DNA of 64,000 bases from Guillardia theta CCMP2712. Lineage: Eukaryota; Protista; Cryptophyta. The notes below the pieces were generated by a model, which did not search any database, had not been told where the DNA came from, and was given only the letters and a program-made list of their open reading frames with translations. The position numbers and the translations under genes are program-made. The DNA is taken from the NCBI RefSeq assembly GCF_000315625.1, contig NW_005434621.1:268246-332245 (forward strand). Reading direction: 5' to 3'. Below, in pieces: positions 22,264 through 35,464 of the stretch. Each line of letters starts with the position of its first letter. Position 1 is the stretch's first letter.

Positions 22264-25200
22264 CTAGTGTGCGGGCGAGTACAACCCCAGCTGTGAGGCC
22301 ACGTAGGATGACGAGGGAAGATAGTCCAGCTGCCTGCTGCCGTAATTCTGACCAGCTGCGGCAATCTCAGCTAAAGTCACTTGAGGAGGAGGAGGAGGAG
22401 GAGGAGGAGGAGGAGGAGGAGGATGAAAGAGATGATGTGAAGACACGTGGGGGCATCGAGTGCGTAGAAGGAGCAGGGGAGGAGGAAGCTACAGACCGGA
22501 AAGCGTGGAGAAACGAGAGAACGGTAGGAGTGTCGACGTTGTGTTGAAGGTGGCGAGCTTGTCCTCCTGGTCGAGGCTCTGGCTGTCCACATAGCGGACC
22601 TTCTTGCTGGATGTGGAGGAGGCGGCGGAGGAAGGAGGGCGGGGAAAAGGGGAAGGTATGTAGTACCTGGAGGGGGGGAGTTAGTGAAGGTGAGGGAGAG
22701 GAGGGAAACGAAGGAACGAAGGGGATGGAAAGAAGGGAGGAGGGACAGGAAGAGGAGCAGACAAGAAAGCAGCCAAGGGAGGAGGGACAGGAAGAGGAGC
22801 AGACAAGAAAGCAGCCAAGGGAGGAGGGACAGGAAGAGGAGAGAAGAGAAGCGGAGGTGTGGGGAGGTTATGGGATGAGATGGGAGGAGGGGAGAGGAGG
22901 AGTTGTTCACCTCAAAAATAGGATAGGAAGTAGGCAGACAAACCCTGCTCCTATGATGGGCAAACCAACTTCCGGGCGATAGCTGAGGAGAGAGTGAGAG
23001 AGAGGAGACAGTCAGTGAGATAGGAGGAAGGAGGGCAGATCAAAGGGAGGTAGATGAAGAAGGGCATGGAGAGGGATGAAGAAGAGGTAGAGGAGAGAGG
23101 AGGCGACTGAAGGTGGAGGAGGGAGGCGGAAGAGGAAGTGGGGAGGGGACGGAGGGCGGATGTAAGGAGGGAGGGAGGGAGGGAGGGAGGGAGGGTGGGA
23201 GGGAGGGAGGAACATCAAAACATTACGAGGTAATGACGGCTCCTCCAACGACCCCCCAGAGGAAGAGGCCGACGAGGAAGAAAGCAGCGTAGATGGAAGA
23301 GCAGAAGAATTCGCGAAGAAGCATATCTGAAGCCCACGGTAAGCACTTGACTCTCCTCCTCCTCCTCCTCCTCCTCCTCCTCCTCCTCCTCCTCCTCTTT
23401 TTTAACTTCTCTGCCTCTCCCCACTTGACCCTCCTCTTCCATTCCTTCTCCACTTCTTTTCAGCATCCTCTCACATTCCCCTTGCTCTCATCGCCTCCTC
23501 CTCCTCCTCTCCATCTCCTCCCCGTTTCTCCCTCCCTCCCTCCCTCGTCACCTCGGTAAAGAATCAGCGGGGCTGTTCCAACGCCGAGCTGAGAAACTCA
23601 TCAGCAGCTGAGGGCTAGCTGGAGAAAGACGTCACCCCCGCTATGACGATGGAGAAGGCGCGGACGGGACCGACGACGGTCTGATCAGCTCGGCTGTTTG
23701 ACTGAAAGGAGACAAGTCATGATGTGCAGAGAAGGGGAGGGGAAGAGAGGAGAGATGAGGAGAGGAGAGGAGAGGGGAAGAGAGGAGAGATGAGGAGAGG
23801 AGAGGAGAGGAGAGGAGAGGAGAGGAGAGGAGAGGAGAGGAGAGGAGAGGAGAGGGGAAGAGAGTGGGGAGAAGTGAGGTAAGGTGATAAAGAGAAGAGG
23901 AAAGAAACGGAAACGGAGGGGAGAGGAAGGGAAAGAGAGGAAGAGGACGGGGAAAGAGGGGGCACCGATGCCATGCTTGTCGCGTTCACAGCTCCGGCGA
24001 CTGCGTTGTAAAATTGTATGTTGAGATAATTGCTTTTCTGCTCATTGCATTCAATACAGGTGAAAACAAGGGGAGAGGGGAGAGAGAGGAATTTAGAGAA
24101 GAGACTGCAGAGGAGAGAGAGAGGAGAGGGAGAGGAGTGGAGCGATGAAGAGGAAGGAAAGAAGATCTTGAAATCGCAGCTCACCCATACTGAGAATGTA
24201 GATCCNNNNNNNNNNNNNNNNNNNNNNNNNNNNNNNNNNNNNNNNNNNNNNNNNNNNNNNNNNNNNNNNNNNNNNNNNNNNNNNNNNNNNNNNNNNNNNN
24301 NNNNNGGATGACATCTAAAGTCGCTTGAAGGCTCCGGGGAAACTCGTCGGAGTTGCAGAAGAACACATTGTCTGCCATCACATCAAGATCCAAAGTGTGC
24401 CTGAGGGAATCGTGAAACACAAGGCAACGACCCGAGATGTCTGACAGCTTGACGAGATCACCGGCCACTGAATCCATTTGTAAAAGTAAGCGAGGATGAT
24501 CACTGGTCTCCGAGAAATATTGGAGTGGAGAGGAGAGGAGAGGGGATTCGAAAAGAAAAGACAAGAGGAGAGAAGAGCAGAGAAGAGCAAGAGGCGCCGA
24601 GGGGATGGAATAGCTTGAAGCTAATGAAGAGAGGCAGGGGAGCGGGTGATGGGGAGGTGAGAGAGGAGAAAAGAGGTGAAGAAGGGAGAGGAGAGGCAGG
24701 AGGAGCTGAAGCACCGAAGCAACGCTTGCTTCTGCGACGAAAAATCTGTTGATGGGACGAAGACTCAGAAAGTCTAAAAGGCCAACAAACAGTAGGAGAG
24801 AAAGAGAAGTGAAGGGAGAAGGAGGAGTGATGCCGGAGGAGGAGGAAGTGATTCCGGAGGAGGAGGAAGAAGGGACGGGAATGGGTATGCGAAATGAGCA
24901 GGAATAAGATGAGGGAGAATAGAGGGTTGAGAATATGGCAAAGGAGCAAATTTAAGAGATTCAAAGGATGAAGATATCAAGGAAATGAAGAGGAAGCAGC
25001 GAGTAGGATGGAGAAAAGATGGAAAAGGAGAAAGTAGAGAAGATGGAAAAGGAGAAAGTAGAGAAAATAGAAGAGAAGAGAGTCTACCTCCTGCGTACTG
25101 GACTGTTGGCATCATCATAGATGACGTAGTTGTATTCCTTCCCCGCCGCTACTTCCAGTCGAACCTTGAAGATAAACCTCAGAGAATGAAGATCCTATCC

Positions 25201-27620
25201 CGAAACCAACAATTCCAATCTCCAATGTCTTGCTCCGCCTCCTCCTTGTAACATCCTCCTCCTCCTCTCCCACCCATCTCTCTTTGTGACCTCCTACTGT
25301 CTTTGCTTATCCTTTTCACAGCATGTCTCCTCCTCCTCTTCTTCTTCCTCCTCCTCCTCCTCCTCCTCACCCCTGAAGGACAGTCCTTGGTGTTGCAAAC
25401 GGGCTCAACCACTTTCAGTCCCCCAATCTGCATTAAGAATCAGAAATGATTTATCCTCCCCGTCCTCTGCTCTTCTCTTTATTCATCCCCTTCCCTTTCC
25501 CTCCCCAACCCTGCCTACTTGATCTGCAAGATCTGATGGAACTGTGAAGCTGCCGAAGGAACTAGGAGCAAATTTAGATGACGAAGGTCAGCGGAGGGAG
25601 GAGGAAGGAGAGGAGGAAAGAGGAAGGAGGAAGGAGGGAGGAGAGAATAGACCATTGGAAGGAAGGAAAGGTGACGGATGAGGTCGAGGAGGAGGAAGCA
25701 AAAGGGAGGAGAGGAGTGCTGAGGGAGGAGGGAGGGGAGTACATTGAAGATCGGTCGATAATTGAGAGTCCCAGCGACATGTCCTTGGTCCACCATGACC
25801 TGAAACTCTCATCACGCAAGGAGAACGTCTTTCTCCTTGTCCTCTACTTCAGTCTCGGGTCATCGTTGATGCAATTGTTTCCCCCATTGGCCAGCTTGCC
25901 TGAGCCACCGTCAATATCTTTACTTCCTCTTCCTCTTCCTCGTCCCTGCCCCCGAGCTCAAGATCCTTATCCTCCACCCTACTCGTCCTATCTTCGTACT
26001 TTTTCTGCTTCTTCCTCTACTTCACGGTATGCCCTCCCATGCTTTCTATCTCGTCTCCCTCCCTTAACCCTCCTCTCCTCCTCCTCTCTCATTCATCCTT
26101 ACATTTATCGGGCTCGGCAAAGGAGGATGAAGGAAAATAACTCGTCACCCATTGTCTTGTGTACTGGTGGACTACGGTATCCGATGCTGATCACAAGGAA
26201 GTCATGTTGTTGCACGAAGGACAAGGTAGAGGTGAAGCATGCGATAATATACAAGGGAGAATGAAGGTGAAGGAGAGGAAGTAGGAGTGAAGGAAGGTCG
26301 ATGCCGCTGGGAAGGAGATTCAAGAGGAGGAGGGTGATGAAGACGACGGGGAACAGGAGGAGGAGGAGGAGCACAGTGCAAGAGCAGGGCGTCGTCTTCA
26401 TCTAACTCACCGCAGGCAAGCGATTGATCCACATTGTTGGTACTGACGGACGAGCAGCTGACGGGACTTTTCACTACAGTCCTGTTCTCGATCCACTGCA
26501 GTACCTGACCTTGCATTAGTTTCTCCATGAAATTCCTCTCACACTTCTTCCATTCTCCTCCTCCCTCCTCCCTCTTCCCTCCTCCCTCCTCCCTTGCTGT
26601 TCTCCTTCCATTTCCCCCTCCTCATCCTCCTCCCTGTTCTCTCTGCTCCTTACTTCGATCGAGGATTCCAATCTGATTCCTGTTGTTGATGCAGCCGGTA
26701 CACTCTGCAGCCCAATCACCCACGTTCCCATCTTCATCTGCCCTGTTCTGAGATGATGTGCCGATCAGCTCGAAAGAACGACAACCGAGGTGGAACAGGC
26801 AGGCAGGAAGGCAGGAAAGCAGAGAACGAGAGGGAAAGAGAGAGACTCGGGGGACAACGGGGACAACAGGAGGACAGAGTGAGGCAGGTCATCATTACAT
26901 GGGACAGATTCCGTGCACCAGTTTCCCTTCGTAGGTAGCGTCAGGGACGCATCGAATCTCGTTGACGTTGTCCTTGATTATGTTCTTCTTCCTCAGCGAA
27001 ATCAGATCTCGAAATCTGCGCAAGTTCAGGTCAGCAACTTCCAAGCACCCCTGCGCTGCATACTCATTCCATCCTCCAAACCCGACGGCAGCCAGCCCCA
27101 CACACAATCCTAAGACCCCCAGCAGAAGTCTGTTGAACTTCGATCTTCTCTCTAACTTCGCCCTCCTGTCCCTCTCGGCGATGCTTTCATCGCCCTTGTT
27201 CTTCTCCTCTTCTTCCTTCGATCTCGCCTCGGAGCCCCCCGTCGAAATCATGCTGGTGACCCCACTGAGCGGCTGCCATTGTATGGGGATCCTGTATGGC
27301 GGGACCTGTTCAAAACCAGGTCATCATCCCATCGTTTTCTCCCCTACGGTTTCAGCTGTTCTATAGGTGCTTACTAATCGCAAACTATTCTCCTAAACTA
27401 CCCTGACACTTCTTCTACTATCATCTCTCTCGCTGAATACGCTCCTCTTCCCCTTCCCCTTACAACCCCATTCCAACCCCACATCGGTGCTGCCAGGGAG
27501 AGGTCGTGAGACATAGCGACCGCAGTGGTCGGATTCGGAAGCTCTGCTTCCCCAACAGCTTGCCACTCCTTCCCTCCTCACTTCGATCTGCATCAAAGAG
27601 CATGGAATCTTACCTCCATC
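22264..27620 (-). CDS. TMEM43 (DUF1625) family-like membrane protein, many exons; ends approximate
   Basis: A TM helix followed by WNE and ...EGKLVH (ORF 26895-27251); C-terminal TM exons (IYAAFFLVGLFLWGVVGGAVI, YRPEVGLPIIGAGFVCLL) match TMEM43 topology. One N gap lies inside the gene. Confidence 0.6.
22733..22841. repeat. 42-bp intronic tandem repeat, about 2.6 copies
   Basis: AAGGGAGGAGGGACAGGAAGAGGAGCAGACAAGAAAGCAGCC at 22733 and 22775, partial at 22817. Confidence 0.9.
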
Positions 27621-28705
27621 TCGCTGTCCGGGTCCTCCGAGGGCTTCTGACTCCTTCTTGCTCCTCGTCGCTGCCCTCTGCCGTTCTCCTCCTCCCTCGA
27701 AGGCTTTCCTCGTTCCTCAAGACGTTACCGGAACATCAAACAATGGACCCCCACCCTTCTTCCCGGAATTAGCTCACCCCTACCCCCTCTTTTTGATGAC
27801 CATACCAGTGCTACCCCTTCGTTTGATTCACAAAGTACCCACCTTACATAGATCAAATGCCCTACTGCACACCCCACCCATTCAGCTTGTCAACTGTGGA
27901 CCCCTTCTTATACCCGGCTTTTCTCCGACACAGAGCAGAGACCCCTGAACTTTTGACTACCCGTATAAATTCCAGTTAAGTGTACCGGTAGTCATTTGAC
28001 CCACCCCCGCACTTGCCGGATCCGGGATCTCGGAGTGATCGGAATTTGACAAGGGGGTGGGTCATGGATTCGACCGAGTAGGGTGATACACCCTACCATA
28101 TTCTTTATAACAATTTTCCTCACTGATACGTCGTAGGGGTACTAACCCTACCCACCCTGAACGATAAGTCCCATCATAAATGTTGACCATGAGAGGAGGA
28201 GGAGGAGGAGGAGGAGGAGGAGGAGGAGGAGGAGGAGGAGGAGGAGGAGGAGGAGGAGGAGGAGGAGCACGAGTGGAAGGCAGCAAAAGGCAGAGAAAAA
28301 GGAAGCGCAGAGGAGAATTTCGTCACGAGTGCCTCAACCAGGAGGTAGGGAGGAAGAAGAATCTGGAACAAAGACAGTGATCCTAAATGAGTTCCTTGGG
28401 AAGAGAACGTTCAAGGGCCATCACAACAGGGAGAGTGGAGGGGATGTAACAAAATGTTACACGCTGGTGGACAGAGATGCATGGATACGAGAAGGCTACG
28501 AATAAGGAGAAAGATTGGGGGTTACAAACTTTCGTTTTTTTCTCGGTTCTCATGATGAGTTAGGAATAGCCATTTTGCAGTGATTCGGGGAGATAGAGAT
28601 CGCTATGAAGAAAAGGGCGGAGAGAGAAAAAAATGCGACGGTGATTAAGGGCTCGAGAGAGGAATAAAATCGAAGCAACGATCTAGCCCAACAAGGAAAT
28701 CTCCT

Positions 28706-29872
28706 TCACCAGATGCTCTTCTTTGAAGACATGATTCCTGTGTTGAGATCAGATTGAGATGAGGATCGATGAGTGCTGCACCATCCATGTTCTTGAACCA
28801 TGGCATGAGGTCGGTCCTCGACAGCCAACTCTCCATCGTCTTCACCTCGATATGCTGCGAGCCCAAAGGATCACTCGTGAACAAGCTGCGGAGGATCGCC
28901 TCACCCTTGCTTGCTCTACGAGGCCCCACACCATGACATCAACAGGGCCAGGCTGACTTCCTCCGATGAACGTGCCAGCCATCTCCGACCTGATCTTCTT
29001 CCCGTACTCGTCCAACGATTTCAACCCTGGGTTCGATTTCCTGCAATGGCGAGGAAGAGTCTCAGTGAACAGACCACACTGCGGCAATTCTAAGAAGCCT
29101 CTCACTTGATCTTTGCAGGTGCTTTGCTCAGCATGTGTCGTATCAGGGGCACAATGAAGCATGTGAAGCAACAGTTGCCTTTGAGGAAAGTGGCGATGAA
29201 TCTGCTCCTGGATTCCTCGTTCCCGAAGATCTCGGCCTCGTAGGCGAGCAGCAGCCCATACGTCACCTCATGGACCTGTCTCGACTCACTCTCGCTCAGC
29301 TGTCTCCCGAAGATGATACGAGAAAGCTCTTTGAAGATGATATACGAGTCGTTGATCTGACAGCCGTCATGTCGTTAGGGAAACGCTCTCGTGGATCGAA
29401 GATACCTGAAGACCGTTGACAGTGACGATGGGAACTTTCTTATACTTAGACCACTTGATTTCCTTCTTGCCGGGCATGGAGACTAAGATGCTCTGATGCG
29501 CAATGCCAGCATACGCCAGGAAGGACCTGACCATGACGCAAGGCGGACTGGCTTCCATCTCATACAGCTTAACCTGCACAAAGCTTCATCTCCTGCAATT
29601 AAGACTTGAAGTGTAACAGAAGCAAGAGAATTTCGATCAAAAGAAGGCATGCACGCATCATGCTTTGCACGCTCTCCCCCAGTCACTCCCTCTGTCAGCA
29701 AATGTAATCATCCCAACCACATCGAGAACGCATCATTGCGGACGAGACTTCTGACAGCGAGCGAGCAAGCATACAAGCAAAGAGAGGGGGCTACCTCCTT
29801 GATCTCGCTCACGCCAGAGATGGGGAGCGGGGCCGCAAGCTCCTTCCCCTCCTCGTTGGGCACCCACGCCAT
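28706..29872 (-). CDS. Prostaglandin E synthase 2-like glutaredoxin/GST-fold protein (multi-exon)
   Basis: VKLYEMEASPPCVMVRSFLAY...EIKWSKYKKVPIV...Q/INDSYII follows the mPGES-2 pattern (LYQYKTCPFCSKVRAFL...EIKFSSYRKVPIL...LNDSSVII); C-terminal FIGGSQPGPVDVMVWG is a GST_C motif. Confidence 0.8.
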
Positions 29873-30342
29873 GGTTCCCCTTTTACGTGCAACCTTCGTA
29901 GCCCCCGACACTATAAGCTACCCACCCCTCACTTTTGCCTTTGGACACTCTCATACCACCCCTCCTATCGCATAATATTCGCTGCTAACTTTCCCCGGAT
30001 TTCATTGCGGCTCTCAGCGGACTCTGAGTACCCCACACTTTGTTCATGCGTGTACCCCCCAGAGGACCAGGATATTCTTTGGAGTACCCCCTTTTGGAAC
30101 CTTGACAGTAGGGGTAGAAGAGAAGTATTTGGATCCTAAAATGCGGGGGTTCGGGGCAGGGTTCGCCGAGTCGGGGGTGGGGTTGAAAAAGTAGCTGGAG
30201 AAATGTGGAGACATTTCAACGAGGAGAGAGGAGAGAGGAGAGAGGAGCGAGAAGAGAAGATAGAAGATAGAGGATCGTGACCATTAGCAAGAGAAGAGAC
30301 AAGTCAGCGATTAGGATCAGATATTAGATCGATGAAGAAACA

Positions 30343-30762
30343 ATGAGGTATCTTGGTGATTACCTCGCCTTCACATCAAGTGCCTGCTTCAGCTGCGGAC
30401 AGAATCAAGCGCAAGCTGTTCGACGATCGAGAGTTTTTCCTGAAGAAACACAGCAGGCAAGTCAGTCGCAACAGCCCCTTGACGACTTCGCCCCCTCTGC
30501 ACCACCCCTAGAAGAGCTGCTTGATGACGAACGAGGTGATTCAGTCAAACAAGAGCACGGCTCAAGTCACCGTGGATCCAACACAGAGGAGGCAGCAAGT
30601 GGAAACAACCAAGGAGAATGCGTCATCTGCCTCGAGGCTCCATCCAAGTTCGCCCTGATGCCTTGCGGTCACCTGTGTCTGTGCGGGAACTGCGTTGGTA
30701 CGGTCACCCGTTGCCCTCTATGCAGGAAGGAGCTACAGGGGTTTCTTGCTGTGTATACTTAG
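30343..30762 (+). CDS. Small C3HC4 RING-finger protein (IAP/MIB-type RING, putative E3 ligase)
   Basis: C-terminal CVICLE...PCGHLCLCGNC...CPLCR; a PSAPP motif lies upstream. The 5' exon structure is uncertain. Confidence 0.85.
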   Translation: MRYLGDYLAFTSSACFSCGQNQAQAVRRSRVFPEETQQASQSQQPLDDFAPSAPPLEELLDDERGDSVKQEHGSSHRGSNTEEAASGNNQGECVICLEAPSKFALMPCGHLCLCGNCVGTVTRCPLCRKELQGFLAVYT

Positions 30763-31325
30763 AACGCAACTCAGGACTGGCAGACATGCAGTCCTCGAGG
30801 ACGTGTCTCATTGACGAATGCCATGACTGACTTGATATTTCTATTCGACAGCGCTCAGTGGACATCGGTTGGACGTCATAGCACAGATGTGTTTAGACTT
30901 TGATCAAGAGGTTTGCATCCAATCGAAAGCAACAAGGAATGAGAGCTGCTCTTGTATAGTAAAGTTTGAAAATGAAGTCTTGTTCTGCGACGCGAGGTCA
31001 TGCATGTTATAGTTACGGGGTTATGAAGCTGCTGAAGGAGCCTTGACGCACTGGGAAAGAGCAGAGCAACAAAATCTCTGTGAGCGATGAGGATAGACAA
31101 CTGAGTCAGTTGGACGACATCTCTCGAATGCTAGAAGCTGTTTGTGTGACAGCGTAAACATCGTCCTATCCTTGTCTTGTATACTCACACAATTCAAGTC
31201 AGACAAGTTTTCATTTTCATCTTAATACACAAAACCAACATCGTCATCTCATGATCTTCCTACTGTCCCCATCCACATGTTTCAAGTTCCATTCAATCTT
31301 AGGACACATTCTGTCCAAGTGAGCC

Positions 31326-34300
31326 TCAGCAAAAGTTTGGTCCCCAATCAGCTCCGAACGCAGACATGGTCCTGGGGTAACGATTGGCTATGATCTCGTT
31401 CTTGATCAGCTCCTTTATCCCCTGGGTTGAGGTGACGTCACGAGAGGATCGAGATGTCAGACAGCGGCGTACCTGGCGATTGATCTCCCTCTCCCCCTCG
31501 GGCGATTTCCGCTCGTAGCTGTTCCTCCTGTAGTCCATCGGGTGTGAGGACACGGGCGATCTGCTTGATCCCCTGGCGGCGCTCACGCCGTCGGAGGAGG
31601 AGGATGTCCTGGCCCGGTAGTCCCACTTGTCCTTCAACCCCTCGTACTTTCTCCTCCTCAAGTCCTCCTCCCAGTACTTCTCGACCTCCTTCCCGTAGTA
31701 GGGAGTCTCTGCCAGCCCCACGGCAGCTTCACCTGCTGTCCTCCCCTCAATCACTCTCCATTCTCCCGCCATCGACAGGTTCGCTCTGTCCTCCTACATC
31801 ACAGTCGTCATTCGGACTGTGAAGGTCAGGGCAGGCCTCTCATCACCTTGGCGTCAAGTACGGCTGAGTCGTTGATCTCGCTCACTATCAACTGTCCTGT
31901 TGCCTTCATGATGTCACGACGGACATGGTCGTCTGCTCGTTCCTGTTGCAACGTTGATGTTGTCAGGAGAGTCGGGAGGATGAGGAGAGTGAGGAGAGTA
32001 GGGACAGATGATTGAGGCGGGAGATGATGAGTCGAGGAGGAGGAGGAGGAGGAGGAGGAGGAGGAGGAGGAGGAGGAGGAGGAGGAGGAGGAGGAGGAGG
32101 AGGAGGAGGAGGAGGAGGAGGAGGAGGAGGAGGAGGAGGAGAAAGTTGAGAGGCGAAGAGGGAGGAGGGAGGAGGGAGAAGGAGGGAGGAGGAGGAGGAG
32201 GAGAAAGTTGAGAGGTGAAGAGGGAGGAGGGAGGAGGGAGACGGAGGGTTCGGAGGTTCGGGTTGTTCTCACTGGCACTTGCTGTCTTGCGCGAGAGCTG
32301 GCAGGTTCGATCTCTTCCTCCATGGCAAGACGATGAGGCCCCGACGCCCCAGCTACTCTCGACGGATCCTGCGCAACCTTCGCACGGCTGCCCCGTCCCT
32401 CGGCGTCTCCACCGTTCATAGCGCCATCCCGCGGCATGTCGTCGACCACCTGAACCTTGCTCCTGGAGCTTGCCTTGCTCGTCGTGGAGGCCCGGGACAT
32501 CGGGGGAGCAGCGCTGAGCTTCTCCTCATCCGCCTCCCTGGCGAGCTGACTCGTCGCCTCCAGCACTTGCATGTTCGACTCTGTGACCTCGTTCGAGTGC
32601 GACATGATGATGCTGCGGATCAGCCTCGAGTCACTGGGGTTCAGCTGGGGTGGTACAAAGCTGCGCGTCAGCCCCTGCTGGGGCTGCAGCGAGTTGACTT
32701 GGCGCCAGGTGGAGGCCTGGTCGAGTGAATCTCTGAACTCTCTGCTCTCCCTCCCGTCCAAGGAGGATGGGACGCACGACAGCGCCGGCTCTCTCTTCGC
32801 GCGAGGCACAAACGGCTGTGAGGAGGGGAGGCGGGTGACCTGCTGGTGGGTCTGGGCCTTTGGACGGAAGAAGATGGCGAGGAAAGGAGCGCAGGAGAAG
32901 AACCTGGACAGCAGAGAGCCGCGCTGCTCACGGGGGATTTCTTGGCTACTTCGCATGTAGTATGCGCTGCTCGAGCTGATGTGCGAGGGAGGCCTGACTG
33001 CATCGCTCATGGTGTGACTCCCCTCGTCTTCCGGCTTGTATGGTCCGTAGGAGGAAAGCCTGGAAGACATGTACGAGCTGTTCGAAGACTCGCTCCTCTT
33101 CAAGCTGCGGAGAGAGGGAGGGCCCTTGCGCTGCAGCTTGTGGTCGTTTGAAAACATGGTCATGACGTCGCTCATGCTCGGGACCATCGAGAACGATCCC
33201 GTCCCTGCGCTCTTGCCGTGAGAGGCCGAGGCCACCTGAGAGTGGGCGGAATGGTTCGAGGCCGAGCTATTGCTCCTCAGGTAGTTCGCCCCCCCTACCT
33301 CAACCTGGTTGCTGCCGTCTGCCATGACTGCATACAGCTCTGCCTGATTCGCCACAGACAGCTGGGATGGAGTTGAGGGCCTGGAGCCGTCGATCGAGTT
33401 GCCTGTCATGATCGTCGGCAACAATTTCAACGGGGCATGAGCTACCTCTAGGCATGGGCAGCGGTTTGAAAGGAGGCGGGCTGATGAGAGCCTTGGTCTG
33501 ATCTTGCGACAGCTTGAAACCTGACACAAGCAGTCAGCGAGGGAGGATCAAGACTACATGAGGGGAGCACCGAAAGGAGCACGTCTTCCATCCTTGTCTT
33601 CCCCCAACTTCTCGATCTCGATGATTTGCTGCTGCATATCCGAAAGCTTCTGTGATATCGTTTCCATCTCCTCGGGGTCGATGCCTCGAAAAGGCTCGAA
33701 CACGCTGTTTTGCCGGGACTTGTCAGCTTGCCCAGTGACAGAGGGAGGCTTGCGAGGCAGAGGCGGTTTCGAGCTCGAGAATGCCGTGAAGACAGGCTGG
33801 GCGGCGGATTCACCTCCCAGCCTCTGAAGTGGCGAGGAAGAGATCATAACTCCGTCCTCGCTGTAATATCCAGCATCCTGCGACAAGTTTCCGTTCCTAT
33901 TGACTCCCTCAGTCTTCTCATCCTCCCCTCGCTCGTCTCGACTCGACGCGGCGTCGCTCGTCCTCGCATTCTCAAACAGCCTCTTCTCCAGCGAGCTCCC
34001 GTCTTGCTGCCCTCCCACCACCTTCCTGTCATTCACAACGTCTGCCTGCACCTTTAACTTCTCCACTGGCGTCGATGAGGTGATCTCAGTCTTGCGCTGT
34101 TTCTCGGAGGAACTCGCACTGGTCGTCCGTTTCGGCCGGGAGGACTGGCCGGACTTTGCTGTTCCCTTCTTCATCTCCAGAAATTTCTCGATCACCTTCC
34201 GCTCCTCCGGCCTGCAACAGAGAAGGTCATGGATGAGCCATGTGAGCATGGAGGTTTGGATTGAACCTCAGCATGTCAAGGGCAGTCATGCGATCGCTCT

Positions 34301-35360
34301 CATCCATTTCGAGCATGATGGCCTGACATACGGTAATCACCACAACCGACAACTCGAGGATTGAGTGTAGAGCTACCGCTCGCTGGGAAGGAGGTACTCC
34401 AAGAAAGCACTTCCACTTGATGTTCTGATCCAAAGACTCGAGGAACTCCAGGGCTTCAACAGGCTTCTACATGAGGTGCAGGCGTCAAGGCCATCTCGAA
34501 CCCCCGCATCCTTCATCACTGCTCACCTTGCTTTGCAACTGCCGTACTTTCTGCTTCACATCCAGCACACTCGCCGTGCTCTACCTCGCAGTCAGCACAG
34601 CGCACTACCTCAGCTGCTCACCTTCTCCCCGACGTTCTTCATTACTGCAGGGCTGGTGGTCACATTCATGGGGATGGGGCTGACGTTGGGGTCGGCAAAC
34701 CGAGGCGACCGCATGTGGAAACCTGCCCATCTCAACAGTGAGACGTCAGGAGCAGTGCGCATGTTGCCAACTTCGCTGATCCAAGGACGGAGACTCATGC
34801 ATGCTTCCGTGCGACGGATCGGGATGTGCCTGCTTCCACAGTGTCTCAGAGACGGTAAATGTTGCATTCGCTGCAGACCTTGGAGTTGCCGTTGGACCTT
34901 TGAGGCCTGCTGACGTTTCCAGGGAACGAGGATGTCAGCACGTTTCGAACATCGACAGCAACACGGCGGTACCTCATAGTAGCCAACTCCGACAGCATCC
35001 TTTCATTCTGCTCCTTCAGCCTTTGAGCAGACCGCCCAGAGTTTGCAGACATCGTGGAAGTGACAATGATGTGTTCCCTCAATCACTACATTCGAACTTC
35101 GCCGATGGCACTTGAGTGGTCATCAGAGGCTTTCGATGGCATCTTCTACACAAACCAGCCAACTGTTGTCACTCTCTCAACTATCTTATACGAGGCTAAT
35201 CAAAGTACTGTTTTGCTCACTATGAGTTTCACCTTCGGATCTGTAGTGGCCAAATTCAAATCCAGTGATCGTTGCTTTTCTCCTCTCCTCGGGTTGTGAT
35301 GCCGTCTGACGCACCTCACATGCACTGATCGTCCACCATCGTCTCGTCCATCTTATGCAT
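31326..35360 (-). CDS. Hypothetical large Ser/Arg-rich, partly coiled-coil protein (multi-exon; may be more than one gene)
   Basis: Co-directional ORFs 31326-31772, 31826-33529, 33554-34249 and 34846-35082 are separated by short GT-AG introns. No recognisable domain. Confidence 0.5.
32034..32140. repeat. Long (GGA)n microsatellite, representative of many (also 28194-28266, 38954-39007, 55840-55971, 59805-59910)
   Basis: Seen directly. Confidence 0.95.
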
Positions 35361-35464
35361 CTCCTCTAATCCTTCAGCTCCTCCTCCTCTTCCTGCAGTC
35401 TTTTCTCCTCCCTCCTCTTGTCTCGCCCTCACCAGCCAGCATCGGCCGGGCCTCTTTCCAGTAT

